Below the pieces are notes generated by a model. That model was not told where the DNA came from, ran no database searches, and was given only the letters and a program-made list of their open reading frames with translations. A stretch of DNA of 35,949 nucleotides. It comes from Pseudoxanthomonas sp. (GTDB lineage: Bacteria; Pseudomonadota; Gammaproteobacteria; Xanthomonadales; Xanthomonadaceae). Below, piece after piece: positions 1 to 8,529 of this stretch (position 1 is its first letter; the number at the start of each line of letters is the position of its first letter). The DNA lies in the NCBI GenBank assembly GCA_052039535.1, contig JBQGEI010000002.1, positions 1 through 35,949 on the forward strand. Reading direction: 5' to 3'. The translations under genes and the position numbers were made by a program.

Positions 1-360
1 CGCGGCGGCAAGGTGATGTACTACCACGGCGTCAGCGACCCCTGGTTCTCGGCGCTGGATACGCTGGACTACTACCGCCGCGCGGAAGAGGCCAATGGCC
101 GCCAGGCCTGGGCCGACGCCAGCCGCTTCTACTTCGTGCCCGGCATGGGCCACTGCGGCGGCGGCAGCGCTCGCGACCAGTTCGACCTGCTCACCCCGCT
201 GGTGGCCTGGGTGGAGCAGGGCCAGGCGCCGGGCCGGGTCATCGCCCGTGGCGCCACGCTGCCGGGCGAGCGTCCGCTGTGCGCGTATCCCACGCATGCG
301 CATTACACCGGCGGCGACGTGGACGCGGCCGACAGCTACGAGTGCCGCGCCGCGCAGTAG
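1..360 (+). CDS. Tannase/feruloyl esterase family alpha/beta hydrolase, C-terminal part (5'-truncated by window)
   Basis: Open from base 1 (RGGKVMYYHGVSD...); motifs YHGxxD, RFYFVPGMGHCGGG and RPLCAYP are typical of the tannase family C-terminus. Confidence 0.9.
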   Translation, partial: RGGKVMYYHGVSDPWFSALDTLDYYRRAEEANGRQAWADASRFYFVPGMGHCGGGSARDQFDLLTPLVAWVEQGQAPGRVIARGATLPGERPLCAYPTHAHYTGGDVDAADSYECRAAQ

Positions 361-516
361 TGCCTGCCGGTACGCCCCGGGCAGCACGCATGCACGGGGC
401 GCGGGGCGCGGGAGGTGGCGGCCTGCGCCGTGCGAGGCGCGCGACCGGGCCCTACCCGGTTTCCGCCGATACCGTCGCTTGCCCGGTTCGGGCAGCGGCC
501 CGCATGCTGCGCCGCG

Positions 517-2661
517 ATGCCCGTCTTCCCGCGCCCGCCACGTGCCACTGCCGCCGCCCTGGTGCTGCTGGCCGGAGTGCTGCTCATGCCCAGCCTGTCC
601 TGGCCGCTGCGCGCCGCCACCCGCGCGGCCGACTACCCGCGCCTGTCGGCCAATACCGCGGCGTCCGAGGCGCTGGAGGTGCGCAAGCTGCTGCACGGGC
701 CGGTCGATGGCCTGTTCGTGGCGCCTGCCACCGGCCAGGTGCTGGCCGCCGCCGGCGACATGCTGTGGAAATACAGCGCCGATGGCGTGCTGCTGGATTT
801 CATCGACGAGCCGCCGGACATGCACGCCTCCGGCATCGCCTTCGGCCCGGACCAGTACGTGGACTGGGTGTTCACCGGGCACGACGGGGCGAAGGCCTAT
901 GCGCCGGAGGTCGACGGCACCGCGCTGACCCGCGCCCAGCTGCATGCCGAGCTGGACCGCGCAGGTGCGGTCGCCTTCGGCCATGCGCAGGGGCGCACGT
1001 GGGCCTGGCTGTGGGCCGAGGGCCGCGCCTGGAAGCTGTGGCTGGATCCTTCGATCACCGGGTCCGCGCTGTGGTGCGGCCGGCGCAGCGCGGCGCTGTC
1101 GGAACTGGGCTGGCACGCGGACTGCCTGGACGGCTACACCCCGGCGCGCCCGTCGCTGCTGGAGGTGGAGCCGGAGAGCTTCGCGCGCGATACCGGGGAG
1201 GGCCCGCCGCGGGTGCAGGTGGCCGGGTTCGACCGGCGCAGGTTCCACCTGGAAGAGGGCGTCGGCGGCCAGCTGCTGGGTGCCACCGTCGGCCAGGTGC
1301 TCAAGGGCATGGGCTACCCGGGCACCACGCCGCAGCGCTACTGGTTCGGCGACGCACGCGTGCAGCTGGCGGTCGCGGACCAGACCCTGCGGTTCACCGC
1401 ATTCGTGCCGAAGGAGGATGGCGGCTACCAGTTCTTCCGCAACATGCGCTGGTGGGAGCCGTCGCGGGTGCTGCCTGGCGCCAGCCCGTGGTTCAGCGTG
1501 CACCTGCGTGGCTACATGGAATCGGCCGGCGAGCTCGCATTGCTGGAGTACTACCGCGACGACATCGGCCTGTACGTGGTGCGCCCGCGCGGTGCGGGCG
1601 AGGTACCCGCCGCACAGCGCCAGGTGCCGGCCTGGCGGCCCCGGTTCGAGGGCGAGCCCACCCGGCAGCGGCCGGTGACCGCGCAGCTGGAGCTGGAGGG
1701 CGGCCACCGCGTGCGGCGCTGGCTGCGCCCGCCGCTGCCGCGCCCTGCCGTAGGCGCGACCCCGGCACTGGTGGTCGAGCCGCTGCAGCCGGACCTGCAC
1801 GCGCTGCCGCAGGCGATGACCCTGCACTGGGGCGCGCGCCAGGACCGCGCCAGCCGCGGCGTGCTGCGGCTGGCGCTGGACCACCCGGAACTGCGCGCGG
1901 CGCTGTCGGCGCCCGCGCGCCCCGGCGCGGTGCGCGAACTGGTGGTGCGCATCGCCCAGCTGCACGAACGTGACCCGGAGGTGCAGCTGCTGCTGCGCGA
2001 AGGCACGCGCGAGACCCCGCTGCCGGTGGCCGGCGTGCAGGTGTTGGAATGGCCGCCGTTCCGCGCGCTGGGCGAGGGCCGGCCCGGCTACCGCGAACAG
2101 CTCGAGGCGGCCATCGTGGCCGCTGCCGCCGGCGGCGGGCACGCGCTGGAGCGGTTCCTGCGCCAGTCCGCGCTGCTGGCCGCCGACGCGCACTACGCCG
2201 GGCGCTTCGCGCCGGCGCTGGCGGCCGGCTACGCACGGCTGGTCAACGCGTCCAACCTCGCCGGGGATTTCGACGCCTCCGCGCAGCTGGTGCGGCACTA
2301 CCTGGACGTGCATCCGGCGCTGGCCGGGCATGAGGACCCCAGCGTGGCCTACAACAGCGGCGTGGTCGCCAGCCAGGCGCTGGCTTTCGCCATCCACCGG
2401 CCGCAGGAACGCGCGCTGGTGGACGCGGTGATGGCGCAACTGGTGGGCCCCGCCTTCGACCCGGCCACCGAGTCCAACGCCACCCTGCTGTACAACCTGG
2501 CCTGCCATTACGCGCTGCGGGGCGAGGTGGAGCGGATGCTGGAGGCGGTGGCCGCGGCCCGCGCCCGCGGCAAGCCGGCCGCGCAGTTCATGGCCGATGC
2601 GGACTTCGCCCACTGGCATGGCGACGCCCGTTTCCTGCGTGCGCTGGAGACGGCCCGCTAA
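517..2661 (+). CDS. Large secreted/membrane-anchored hypothetical protein with C-terminal TPR-like region
   Basis: ATG at 517 followed by hydrophobic AAALVLLAGVLL; strong GC3 codon bias; C-terminal LLYNLACHYA...DADF TPR-end motif. Start uncertain. Confidence 0.75.
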   Translation: MPVFPRPPRATAAALVLLAGVLLMPSLSWPLRAATRAADYPRLSANTAASEALEVRKLLHGPVDGLFVAPATGQVLAAAGDMLWKYSADGVLLDFIDEPPDMHASGIAFGPDQYVDWVFTGHDGAKAYAPEVDGTALTRAQLHAELDRAGAVAFGHAQGRTWAWLWAEGRAWKLWLDPSITGSALWCGRRSAALSELGWHADCLDGYTPARPSLLEVEPESFARDTGEGPPRVQVAGFDRRRFHLEEGVGGQLLGATVGQVLKGMGYPGTTPQRYWFGDARVQLAVADQTLRFTAFVPKEDGGYQFFRNMRWWEPSRVLPGASPWFSVHLRGYMESAGELALLEYYRDDIGLYVVRPRGAGEVPAAQRQVPAWRPRFEGEPTRQRPVTAQLELEGGHRVRRWLRPPLPRPAVGATPALVVEPLQPDLHALPQAMTLHWGARQDRASRGVLRLALDHPELRAALSAPARPGAVRELVVRIAQLHERDPEVQLLLREGTRETPLPVAGVQVLEWPPFRALGEGRPGYREQLEAAIVAAAAGGGHALERFLRQSALLAADAHYAGRFAPALAAGYARLVNASNLAGDFDASAQLVRHYLDVHPALAGHEDPSVAYNSGVVASQALAFAIHRPQERALVDAVMAQLVGPAFDPATESNATLLYNLACHYALRGEVERMLEAVAAARARGKPAAQFMADADFAHWHGDARFLRALETAR

Positions 2662-2672
2662 GTCGCCACCGC

Positions 2673-2700
2673 GCCGCCACGCCGCCACGCCGCCACGCCG
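2673..2700. repeat. Short tandem repeat (GCCGCCAC)x3.5 between convergent stop codons
   Basis: gccgccac gccgccac gccgccac gccg seen directly. Confidence 0.8.
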
Positions 2701-2702
2701 CG

Positions 2703-3374
2703 CTACGGTTCGGCGTGGCGGCGCAGCAGGTTGGAGTGGCTCTTGCTGATCAGGTCCACCGCGCGGGCGGCGCCGTCCACGCCCTCCAGCGCCTCGCGCG
2801 CACTGCACAGGTCATGCAGCAGTTCGCGGATCGCCGGATCGCGCACCAGGCTCTGGACCCAGCCGACGATCGCCAGCCGCTGCCCGCTTTCCACCGGACG
2901 CACCCGGTGCAGCTGGCCGGTGGGATAGCAGATGGCCGAGCGCGCCGGCAGCTTGAAGCACATCTCGCCGCTGCCGTGCTCGAACGCCAGCTCGCCGCCG
3001 GCATAGCTGTCCGGTTCGTCGAGGAAGATGGTGAAGGACACGTCGCTGCGCACGTGGTTGGGCTCGCCCATCACCGGCGCGTCCACGTGCAGCCCGTACT
3101 GCATGCCCGGCCCGTAGCGGCTGACCAGCATGGCCGCCAGCCGCCGCGGCTGGGCCACGCTCATGAAGGTGTCGCAGCGCCCCAGGGCCTGCATCACCAC
3201 CGCGGTGATGTCCTTCATGACCGGGTGGTTCCACGGGATCTGCTGGTTCTCCTTCTTCCCGTGCAGGTATTCGCCGGCCGTGGCGCGGCCGTCGGCGAAC
3301 GGTACGGCGGCGAGCATCTGCCGGATGCGGGCGAGCTCGCCCGTGGTCAGCAGCGCGTCGAGCGTGATGATCAT
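2703..3374 (-). CDS. PKHD-type Fe(II)/2-oxoglutarate-dependent hydroxylase (PiuC/YbiX family)
   Basis: FADGRATAG, YGLHVD (HxD), RSDVSFTIFL, YAGGEL, LHRVRPV, RLAIVGWVQSLVRD, NLLRR; GGGGA RBS before ATG at 3374. Confidence 0.92.
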   Translation of the reverse strand: MIITLDALLTTGELARIRQMLAAVPFADGRATAGEYLHGKKENQQIPWNHPVMKDITAVVMQALGRCDTFMSVAQPRRLAAMLVSRYGPGMQYGLHVDAPVMGEPNHVRSDVSFTIFLDEPDSYAGGELAFEHGSGEMCFKLPARSAICYPTGQLHRVRPVESGQRLAIVGWVQSLVRDPAIRELLHDLCSAREALEGVDGAARAVDLISKSHSNLLRRHAEP

Positions 3375-3482
3375 GGTGTCCCCTGGATGCAGCCGGCGCT
3401 TCCCCGCCGGTACCCCCAGTCTAGGCACGGCGGAGTCCGCAAGGAACGCCGCCGCCGCGCAACCTGCATGGGATGGCGCTGT

Positions 3483-3851
3483 TCAGCGCCGCTCGTGGAG
3501 CGGGAAGGAGACCACCACCGCCAGTTCGAACAGCAGCATGAAGATCACCCCGCGCGCGCCGAACAGCAGGCTGGCGATGGCCAGCAGCCCCAGGGCGATG
3601 GCGACCAGCTGCCGCCGCCGGCGCCGCGGCGCGCGCCTGTGCGCCAGCGCCGCGGCCAGCAGCGCGCCCTGCGCGAACAGGGCACCGGCCAGCACATTGT
3701 CGCGGCCGCCGAAGTCGCTGACCGGGGCCAGCGAGGCGACCTCTACCGCCGTCAGCCGGGTCAGCAGCAGCGCCACGGCGAGTGCGGCGGGCAGCCCCAG
3801 CGCCCATGCCAGGCGTATCCATATGCGGTGCGGGCGTATGCGCGTCTTCAA
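3483..3851 (-). CDS. Hypothetical multi-pass membrane protein
   Basis: About four hydrophobic segments; probable TTG start at 3851 after GGGGA; ORF is open to 3968, so start uncertain. Confidence 0.55.
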   Translation of the reverse strand: MKTRIRPHRIWIRLAWALGLPAALAVALLLTRLTAVEVASLAPVSDFGGRDNVLAGALFAQGALLAAALAHRRAPRRRRRQLVAIALGLLAIASLLFGARGVIFMLLFELAVVVSFPLHERR

Positions 3852-4097
3852 GGGCGTATCCCCCGGACGGCGCCCGCCGCTGCGCGCGTGGCCACCGCCC
3901 ATGGCGGTTCCAGTGTGTTGCATGGCGTCGGTCCCCCGGACAGCCGCAGCCCCCTGCGCGCCTAGCATCCCAGCCTCGCGCCGCCGGCGGTATCAGGGTT
4001 TTCTGACGGACGCCGCCGTGCGCACCTCACCGGTCGATCACGCCGGTGCCACGTGGGTGAACCGTGGCTGCGGTCCGGACGGCGGCACGGGGCGCTT

Positions 4098-4130
4098 TTC
4101 ACCGACGCTTGTTGCCGGCTGCGGAAGGCT
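4098..4130 (+). promoter_or_regulatory. Shared promoter motif TTCAC-N6-TTGTT-N11-AAGGCT
   Basis: Same spacing as motifs upstream of other stress-type genes in the window; second half-site weak. Confidence 0.45.
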
Positions 4131-4160
4131 GGACCCCTGTCCCAAAGACGAGGCCGTGCC

Positions 4161-4535
4161 ATGAAGACTCCCCACCTGATCGCACTGCTGGGTGCGCTGC
4201 CGCTGGGCCTGGCGATGACCGTGGCCAGCGCCCAGTCCGGCCGCTATGGCCCGCAGGACGAAGGCCGCCGCTTCGAAGACGGCAGCCGCGTGGTCTGCGA
4301 GAAGGTCGAGGTGCGCCGCGATGGTGGCGACCCGAACCGCGTGGCCGGCACCGCCGCCGGTGCGGTGATCGGCGGCCTGATCGGCAACCAGATCGGCGAT
4401 GGCAATGGCCGCAAGCTCGCCACCGTCGGCGGCGCGGTTGCCGGCGGCGCGATCGGCCGCAAGGTCCAGGGCGACCGCCAGGAATCCCGCGGCGAACGCG
4501 TGGTCGAGACCCGCTGCGAGCGCGTCTGGCGCTGA
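4161..4535 (+). CDS. Glycine zipper 2TM domain protein (YcfJ-like), secreted
   Basis: Signal peptide ending ASA-Q; GTAAGAVIGGLIGNQIGDGNGRKLATVGGAVAGGAIG; two Cys (VVCE, ETRC); GAGG RBS. Confidence 0.9.
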   Translation: MKTPHLIALLGALPLGLAMTVASAQSGRYGPQDEGRRFEDGSRVVCEKVEVRRDGGDPNRVAGTAAGAVIGGLIGNQIGDGNGRKLATVGGAVAGGAIGRKVQGDRQESRGERVVETRCERVWR

Positions 4536-4595
4536 CACCAGCTTTCCGCCCCACCCTGCGGCGCGGCCGCAGGTTTCCCACCAATGGAGTAAGTG

Positions 4596-5081
4596 ATGTC
4601 CAGTCCCGAAGAACTCGAACGCAAATTCTGGAAGGCGCTGAAGTCCGACATGACCGTCATGCTCGGCGTCGATGGCAGGGAAGACGGCCACACCCGGCCG
4701 ATGACCGCACAGCTCGAACACGAGGGCCATGGCCCGATCTGGTTCTTCACCTCGGTGGACAACGCACTGGTGCGCTCGCTGGCGGGGCCGCAGCGGGCCA
4801 CGGCCGCCTTCGCCTCCAAGGACCATGACCTGTTTGCCAGTATCGGCGGCCAGCTGGTGGTGGACACCGACCGCGCCGTGGTCGAGCGGTTGTGGAATCC
4901 GTTCGTGGCGGCCTGGTACACCGGCAAGGACGATCCGAAACTGGCGCTGCTGCGGCTGGACCCGGACCAGGGCGAGGTGTGGCTCAACGAGAGCAGCATG
5001 CTCGCCGGGGTGAAGATGCTGATGGGCATCGACCCGAAGAAGGACTACAAGGACAAGGTGGCCAAGGTCGACCTCGGCTAA
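4596..5081 (+). CDS. General stress protein 26-like / pyridoxamine 5'-phosphate oxidase family protein
   Basis: RPMT, IWFFT, LWNPFVAAWY, GKDDPKLALLR motifs; GGAG RBS. Confidence 0.9.
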   Translation: MSSPEELERKFWKALKSDMTVMLGVDGREDGHTRPMTAQLEHEGHGPIWFFTSVDNALVRSLAGPQRATAAFASKDHDLFASIGGQLVVDTDRAVVERLWNPFVAAWYTGKDDPKLALLRLDPDQGEVWLNESSMLAGVKMLMGIDPKKDYKDKVAKVDLG

Positions 5082-5085
5082 AGGG

Positions 5086-5122
5086 GGCGGCGGGGGCGCC
5101 GCGTGCGTCCCCGCTGTTTTTT
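5086..5122 (+). terminator. Rho-independent terminator
   Basis: GGCGGCGGGGGCGC/GCGTCCCCGCTGTT stem (with G-U pairs) ending in a T run, just after the stop at 5081. Confidence 0.7.
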
Positions 5123-5145
5123 CGTCCCGGCGGTGCCCCACCGCC

Positions 5146-5178
5146 AAAAGGAAACGCCCCGCATCGCGGGGCGTTTCC
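5146..5178 (-). terminator. Rho-independent terminator of the 5197-5970 gene
   Basis: Perfect GGAAACGCCCCGC-atc-GCGGGGCGTTTCC stem with AAAA on the + strand 5' side (U-tract on the - strand). Confidence 0.8.
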
Positions 5179-5196
5179 GTATCCGGCCGCGGTCGC

Positions 5197-5970
5197 TCAG
5201 CGGCCGTCGCCGTCGGCATCGCCCGGCAGCTTGCGCTCGACCCGGTGCCACGCGTCCCGCACGGCCTGGCGCGCATCGGACCACTCCATGCGCGAGTTGC
5301 CGCGGGCCTTGCTCCAGTCGCGCTCCAGCTCCGACTCCAGGCCGTCGTCCCACTCGCGGCCCTGCTGGTTGTTGCGCGCGTAGGTGCCGTAGCGGTACGC
5401 CGGACGGTAGTCGGTGTCGTAGTCGTAGTCGCTGCGGTAGTAATCGGCCGAGGCGTAGTTGTCCGCGTAGTGGCGGTCGGTGTCCTCGTAGGCACGGTAG
5501 GTGCGGTCGGAGCGGTCGAAGGCGTCGCGCACGGCGTCCTTGGCCTGCTCCCAGCCCAGGCGCGAGCTGTCCTTGGCCTGCTCCCAGCCCAGGCGCGCCT
5601 GCGACTCCAGGGTGTCGTCCCACACGCGGCTGCCGTACTGCTCGCGCACGGTCAGGCCGTAGCGGTAGGCCGGGGCATAGTCGCTGTCGTAGTCGAAGCC
5701 CGGGTCGTTGTACGGGCGGTTGGCGTACTCGGTGCGCCAGTATTCGGTCTCGCCGGTCGGATCCAGGCGCTCGGCCACGCCCTTGCCTGCCGCGGCGCCG
5801 GCGACCGCGCCGACCGCGCCGCCGACCAGGGTGCCGATCGGGCCCAGCAGCGAGCCGATCGCGGCGCCTGCCACGGCACCGCCGGTGCCGCCGACGCCGA
5901 CGCCCACCGGGTGGGAGCCCGGCGTGCCGGTGATCGGGTCGCGGTTGAGGTCACGGGGTTCATTGCTCAT
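5197..5970 (-). CDS. Hypothetical stress-type protein: glycine zipper plus two tandem Tyr/Trp/Asp-rich domains
   Basis: GAGGAG RBS; NRDPITG..HPVG glycine zipper; DY.PAYRYG...WDD.LES...AVRDA(F/W).R occurs twice. Confidence 0.85.
   Translation of the reverse strand: MSNEPRDLNRDPITGTPGSHPVGVGVGGTGGAVAGAAIGSLLGPIGTLVGGAVGAVAGAAAGKGVAERLDPTGETEYWRTEYANRPYNDPGFDYDSDYAPAYRYGLTVREQYGSRVWDDTLESQARLGWEQAKDSSRLGWEQAKDAVRDAFDRSDRTYRAYEDTDRHYADNYASADYYRSDYDYDTDYRPAYRYGTYARNNQQGREWDDGLESELERDWSKARGNSRMEWSDARQAVRDAWHRVERKLPGDADGDGR
5536..5597. repeat. 29-bp exact direct repeat with 33-bp period (RLGWEQAKD x2)
   Basis: gtccttggcctgctcccagcccaggcgcg at 5536-5564 and 5569-5597. Confidence 0.9.
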
Positions 5971-6013
5971 CTTGGGAACTCCTCGGGGGTGCGGCCGGTG
6001 GCCGGGGAGCGTC

Positions 6014-6068
6014 ACGGTTGCACCGGGCGTGTCCACTGGCCGTGTGCCTGGCGTCAGGCCGGGATGAA
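6014..6068 (-). promoter_or_regulatory. Shared promoter motif with four phased half-sites: TTCAT-N6-CTGAC-N6-CACAC-N6-TGGAC-N11-AACCGT
   Basis: 11-bp periodic pentamers ending in AY, upstream of the 5970 start. Confidence 0.6.
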
Positions 6069-6186
6069 TATCGCCGCGTGGTCGTGCGCGCCATGTGCGC
6101 GGGGCGGTGCGACCGTCGTCCTCCCGGTCCGCTCCGGACCGGGCACTGGCCTAGAATGCCGGTCCCCCCGTTACCCAGGAGCCGGC

Positions 6187-6858
6187 ATGGCCACTTACCT
6201 GATCACCGGTGCCAACCGCGGCATCGGCCTGTCCCTGGCGCAACTGCTGTGCCGGCGCGGCGACGATGTCATCGCGGTGTGCCGCCGGGGCAGCGAGGCC
6301 CTGCAGGCCAGCGGCGCGGAGGTGGTCGACGGCGTGGACGTCTCCGACGCGACGGCGGTGGCCGGCCTGGCGCGACGGCTGCAGGGCCGCCGCATCGACG
6401 CGCTGGTGCTCAACGCCGGCATTTTCACCAACGAAACCCTGGGATCGCTCGATGCCGAGGCGTTCGCGCGCATCCAGCGCCAGTTCGAGGTCAACACGCT
6501 GGGGCCGCTGCGCGTGGCCGCGGCCGTGCAGCACCTGCTGGCCGACGGCGCCAAGGTCGGCATCATCACCAGCCGCATGGGCTCGGTGGCCGACAACGGC
6601 TCCGGTGCTTACTACGGCTACCGCGCGTCCAAGGCGGCGGTCAATGCGATCGGCAGGTCGCTGGCGCTGGACCTGGCGCCGCGCGGGATCGCGGTGTTCC
6701 TGCTGCACCCGGGGCGGGTGGCCACCGAGATGCTTGGCGGCCACGGCGACATCGGCCCGGACGAGGCCGCAGCCAGCCTGGTCCAGCGGATGGACACGCT
6801 GACCCTGGCCGACAGCGGCAGCTTCTGGCACGCCAACGGCGCACCGTTGCCCTGGTAA
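6187..6858 (+). CDS. Short-chain dehydrogenase/reductase (CsgA/C-factor-like)
   Basis: ITGANRGIG, LNAG, SRMGS, YRASK (YxxxK), LHPG.V.TEM; AGGA RBS; TAGAAT -10 upstream. Confidence 0.93.
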   Translation: MATYLITGANRGIGLSLAQLLCRRGDDVIAVCRRGSEALQASGAEVVDGVDVSDATAVAGLARRLQGRRIDALVLNAGIFTNETLGSLDAEAFARIQRQFEVNTLGPLRVAAAVQHLLADGAKVGIITSRMGSVADNGSGAYYGYRASKAAVNAIGRSLALDLAPRGIAVFLLHPGRVATEMLGGHGDIGPDEAAASLVQRMDTLTLADSGSFWHANGAPLPW

Positions 6859-6879
6859 GCGTGCTGCGTCGCACAGACA

Positions 6880-6905
6880 GGAACGCCGGCTTTCGCCGGC
6901 GTTCC
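6880..6905 (-). terminator. Hairpin/terminator between convergent genes
   Basis: Perfect 11-bp stem GGAACGCCGGC/GCCGGCGTTCC with a GAAA loop on the - strand; weak U-tract. Confidence 0.65.
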
Positions 6906-6930
6906 CATGCAGCCATCAGGCGGGCAGCGC

Positions 6931-7200
6931 TCAGCTGCCAAACCCCGGGCTGGCCTGGCCGGCCCGCGATCCGGTGCCGCCCAGCCCGCTGTCCGTGGAC
7001 TGGGTGCCGCCCAGACCGACGACGTTGTTGCCGGCGGCAGCCGTGGACAGCTCATCGCCCAGCTCGTCGCCGTGCGGCGGGGTGGTGCCGGCGTGGTCCG
7101 GCTGGGCACGGGTGGACCAGTCGCCGGCCTTGTGGCGCTGCCAGGCCCGGTAGGCCACCACGCCAATCGTCGCCACTGCGGCAGTACGCAGGATTCCCAT
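6931..7200 (-). CDS. Small hypothetical protein with N-terminal membrane anchor
   Basis: GAGGAG RBS 7 nt before ATG; MGILRTAAVATIGVVAYRAW then a low-complexity tail; downstream hairpin. Confidence 0.75.
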   Translation of the reverse strand: MGILRTAAVATIGVVAYRAWQRHKAGDWSTRAQPDHAGTTPPHGDELGDELSTAAAGNNVVGLGGTQSTDSGLGGTGSRAGQASPGFGS

Positions 7201-7236
7201 GTCGCATCTCCTCGTGTCTTCGGGGTAGGGGAGGCG

Positions 7237-7291
7237 AGGTTGGCGCGGCGGCGGTTAGACCGACGTGACCCGCGGGTACACGCGACGTGTA
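7237..7291 (-). promoter_or_regulatory. Shared promoter motif TACAC-N6-TGTAC-N6-GTCAC-N6-CTAAC-N11-CAACCT
   Basis: Four 11-bp phased pentamers ending in AC, then an nAnnnT box. Confidence 0.6.
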
Positions 7292-7337
7292 GGCGCACGT
7301 GCAGGCTCGCACCGGCACTGAAGCGGATGCAGCGCGG

Positions 7338-7370
7338 ACCACGGCCGTTTCATGGCGCCCGGTGCAGGCT
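7338..7370 (+). promoter_or_regulatory. Shared promoter motif ACCAC-N6-TTCAT-N11-CAGGCT
   Basis: Same geometry; also shares CACGGCC...CGCCCGGTGCA with the 5970 promoter. Confidence 0.55.
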
Positions 7371-7398
7371 GGCGACCCCGCCACCCAGGAGCGCCGCC

Positions 7399-7731
7399 AT
7401 GAGCAAGCCCCTCAGCACCCACGACGAACGCCAGTCCGCCTACCGCGGCGAGGGCCCGGATACCGACCCCACCGGCCATGGACGCGACGATCCCTCCACA
7501 CCGATGCCCGCGCAGCGCAGCGAGGAGGGCTGGTATCCACGCGGCCATGGCAAGGGCGGCACCCTGGGCGAGGGCCAGTCCGGCGGGCAGGAGAAGGACG
7601 GTAGCACCCAGCCGGATTTCGGCCAGCATCCGCAGGCTGCGGAGCAGGCCTCCGGCGAAGGCCGCGAGGGTGGGGGCCGCGAGCCGACCGCGGATGATGC
7701 GGCGCATCCGGCGGGTGACAGGGCGCGCTGA
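7399..7731 (+). CDS. Hydrophilic, probably disordered hypothetical protein (hydrophilin-like)
   Basis: AGGAG RBS; 110 aa rich in G/E/D/P/Q with almost no hydrophobic residues. Confidence 0.7.
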   Translation: MSKPLSTHDERQSAYRGEGPDTDPTGHGRDDPSTPMPAQRSEEGWYPRGHGKGGTLGEGQSGGQEKDGSTQPDFGQHPQAAEQASGEGREGGGREPTADDAAHPAGDRAR

Positions 7732-7737
7732 CGCCCC

Positions 7738-8496
7738 GTGCCGCCCGTGGCTCCCGCGGCACCGCCGGTGGCCGGCGCCCTGGTGGTGCTGACGGTCAAC
7801 ATCCACATGGGTCTGGACATGCTGCGGCGGCGGACGGTGCTGCCGCGGCTGCGCCAGGCCGTCGCCGGAACCGGGGCGGACCTGGTGTTCCTGCAGGAGG
7901 TGCAGGGGCAGGTGCGCGGCGACGCGTCGGCGCTGCCGCAGTACGAATACCTGGCCGACCGCCTCTGGCCGCGGTTCGCCTACGGGCGCAATGCGGTCCT
8001 TGCCGATGGGCACCACGGCAACGCGCTGTTGTCGCGCTACCCGGTGCTGCAGCATGCCAACCACGACGTCTCGGTCGCCGGGCACGAAGGTCGCGGCCTG
8101 CTGCATTGCCAGGTCGCCATGCCTGGCCACGCCCGACCGCTGCATGCCATCTGCGTGCACTTGGGCCTGCGCGCGTCGCACCGGCGCCACCAGCTGCGCC
8201 GCCTTGTCGAGGTCCTGGCCGCCCGGATACCGGCCGATGCCGCGGTGGTGGTCGCCGGCGACTTCAACGACTGGCGTGGTGCGGCGCACCCGGTGCTGCT
8301 GCAGGCGGGGCTGACAGAGGTCCACCAGGCCCGGCATGGACGCCTCGCGCGCAGCTTCCCCGCGCGCTGGCCGCTGCTGCCGCTGGACCGGATCTATGTG
8401 CGCGGACTGGAGGTGCAGTCCGCGGCGGTGTTGCGCGGCACGCCGTGGGCGGGGCTGTCGGACCATCTGCCACTGCAGGCGCGCCTGCGCAGGTGA
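7738..8496 (+). CDS. Endonuclease/exonuclease/phosphatase family protein (YbhP-like)
   Basis: LTVNIH, DLVFLQEV, HGNALLSRYP, VHLGL, AGDFNDW, LDRIY, LSDHLP. Confidence 0.93.
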   Translation: MPPVAPAAPPVAGALVVLTVNIHMGLDMLRRRTVLPRLRQAVAGTGADLVFLQEVQGQVRGDASALPQYEYLADRLWPRFAYGRNAVLADGHHGNALLSRYPVLQHANHDVSVAGHEGRGLLHCQVAMPGHARPLHAICVHLGLRASHRRHQLRRLVEVLAARIPADAAVVVAGDFNDWRGAAHPVLLQAGLTEVHQARHGRLARSFPARWPLLPLDRIYVRGLEVQSAAVLRGTPWAGLSDHLPLQARLRR

Positions 8497-8529
8497 GGGG
8501 CGACGCACGGTCGCCCGGATGCATCAGCC

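Noticed and set aside
5536-5597. 29-bp direct repeats as a possible CRISPR array
   Set aside because: Only two copies, 4-bp gap, in frame within a CDS; no cas genes
5245-6186. N-terminal extension of the SDR ORF (similar extensions on the trehalase, GST, Nei, fabV and yaeQ ORFs)
   Set aside because: They overlap other genes; family N-termini and RBS positions define later starts
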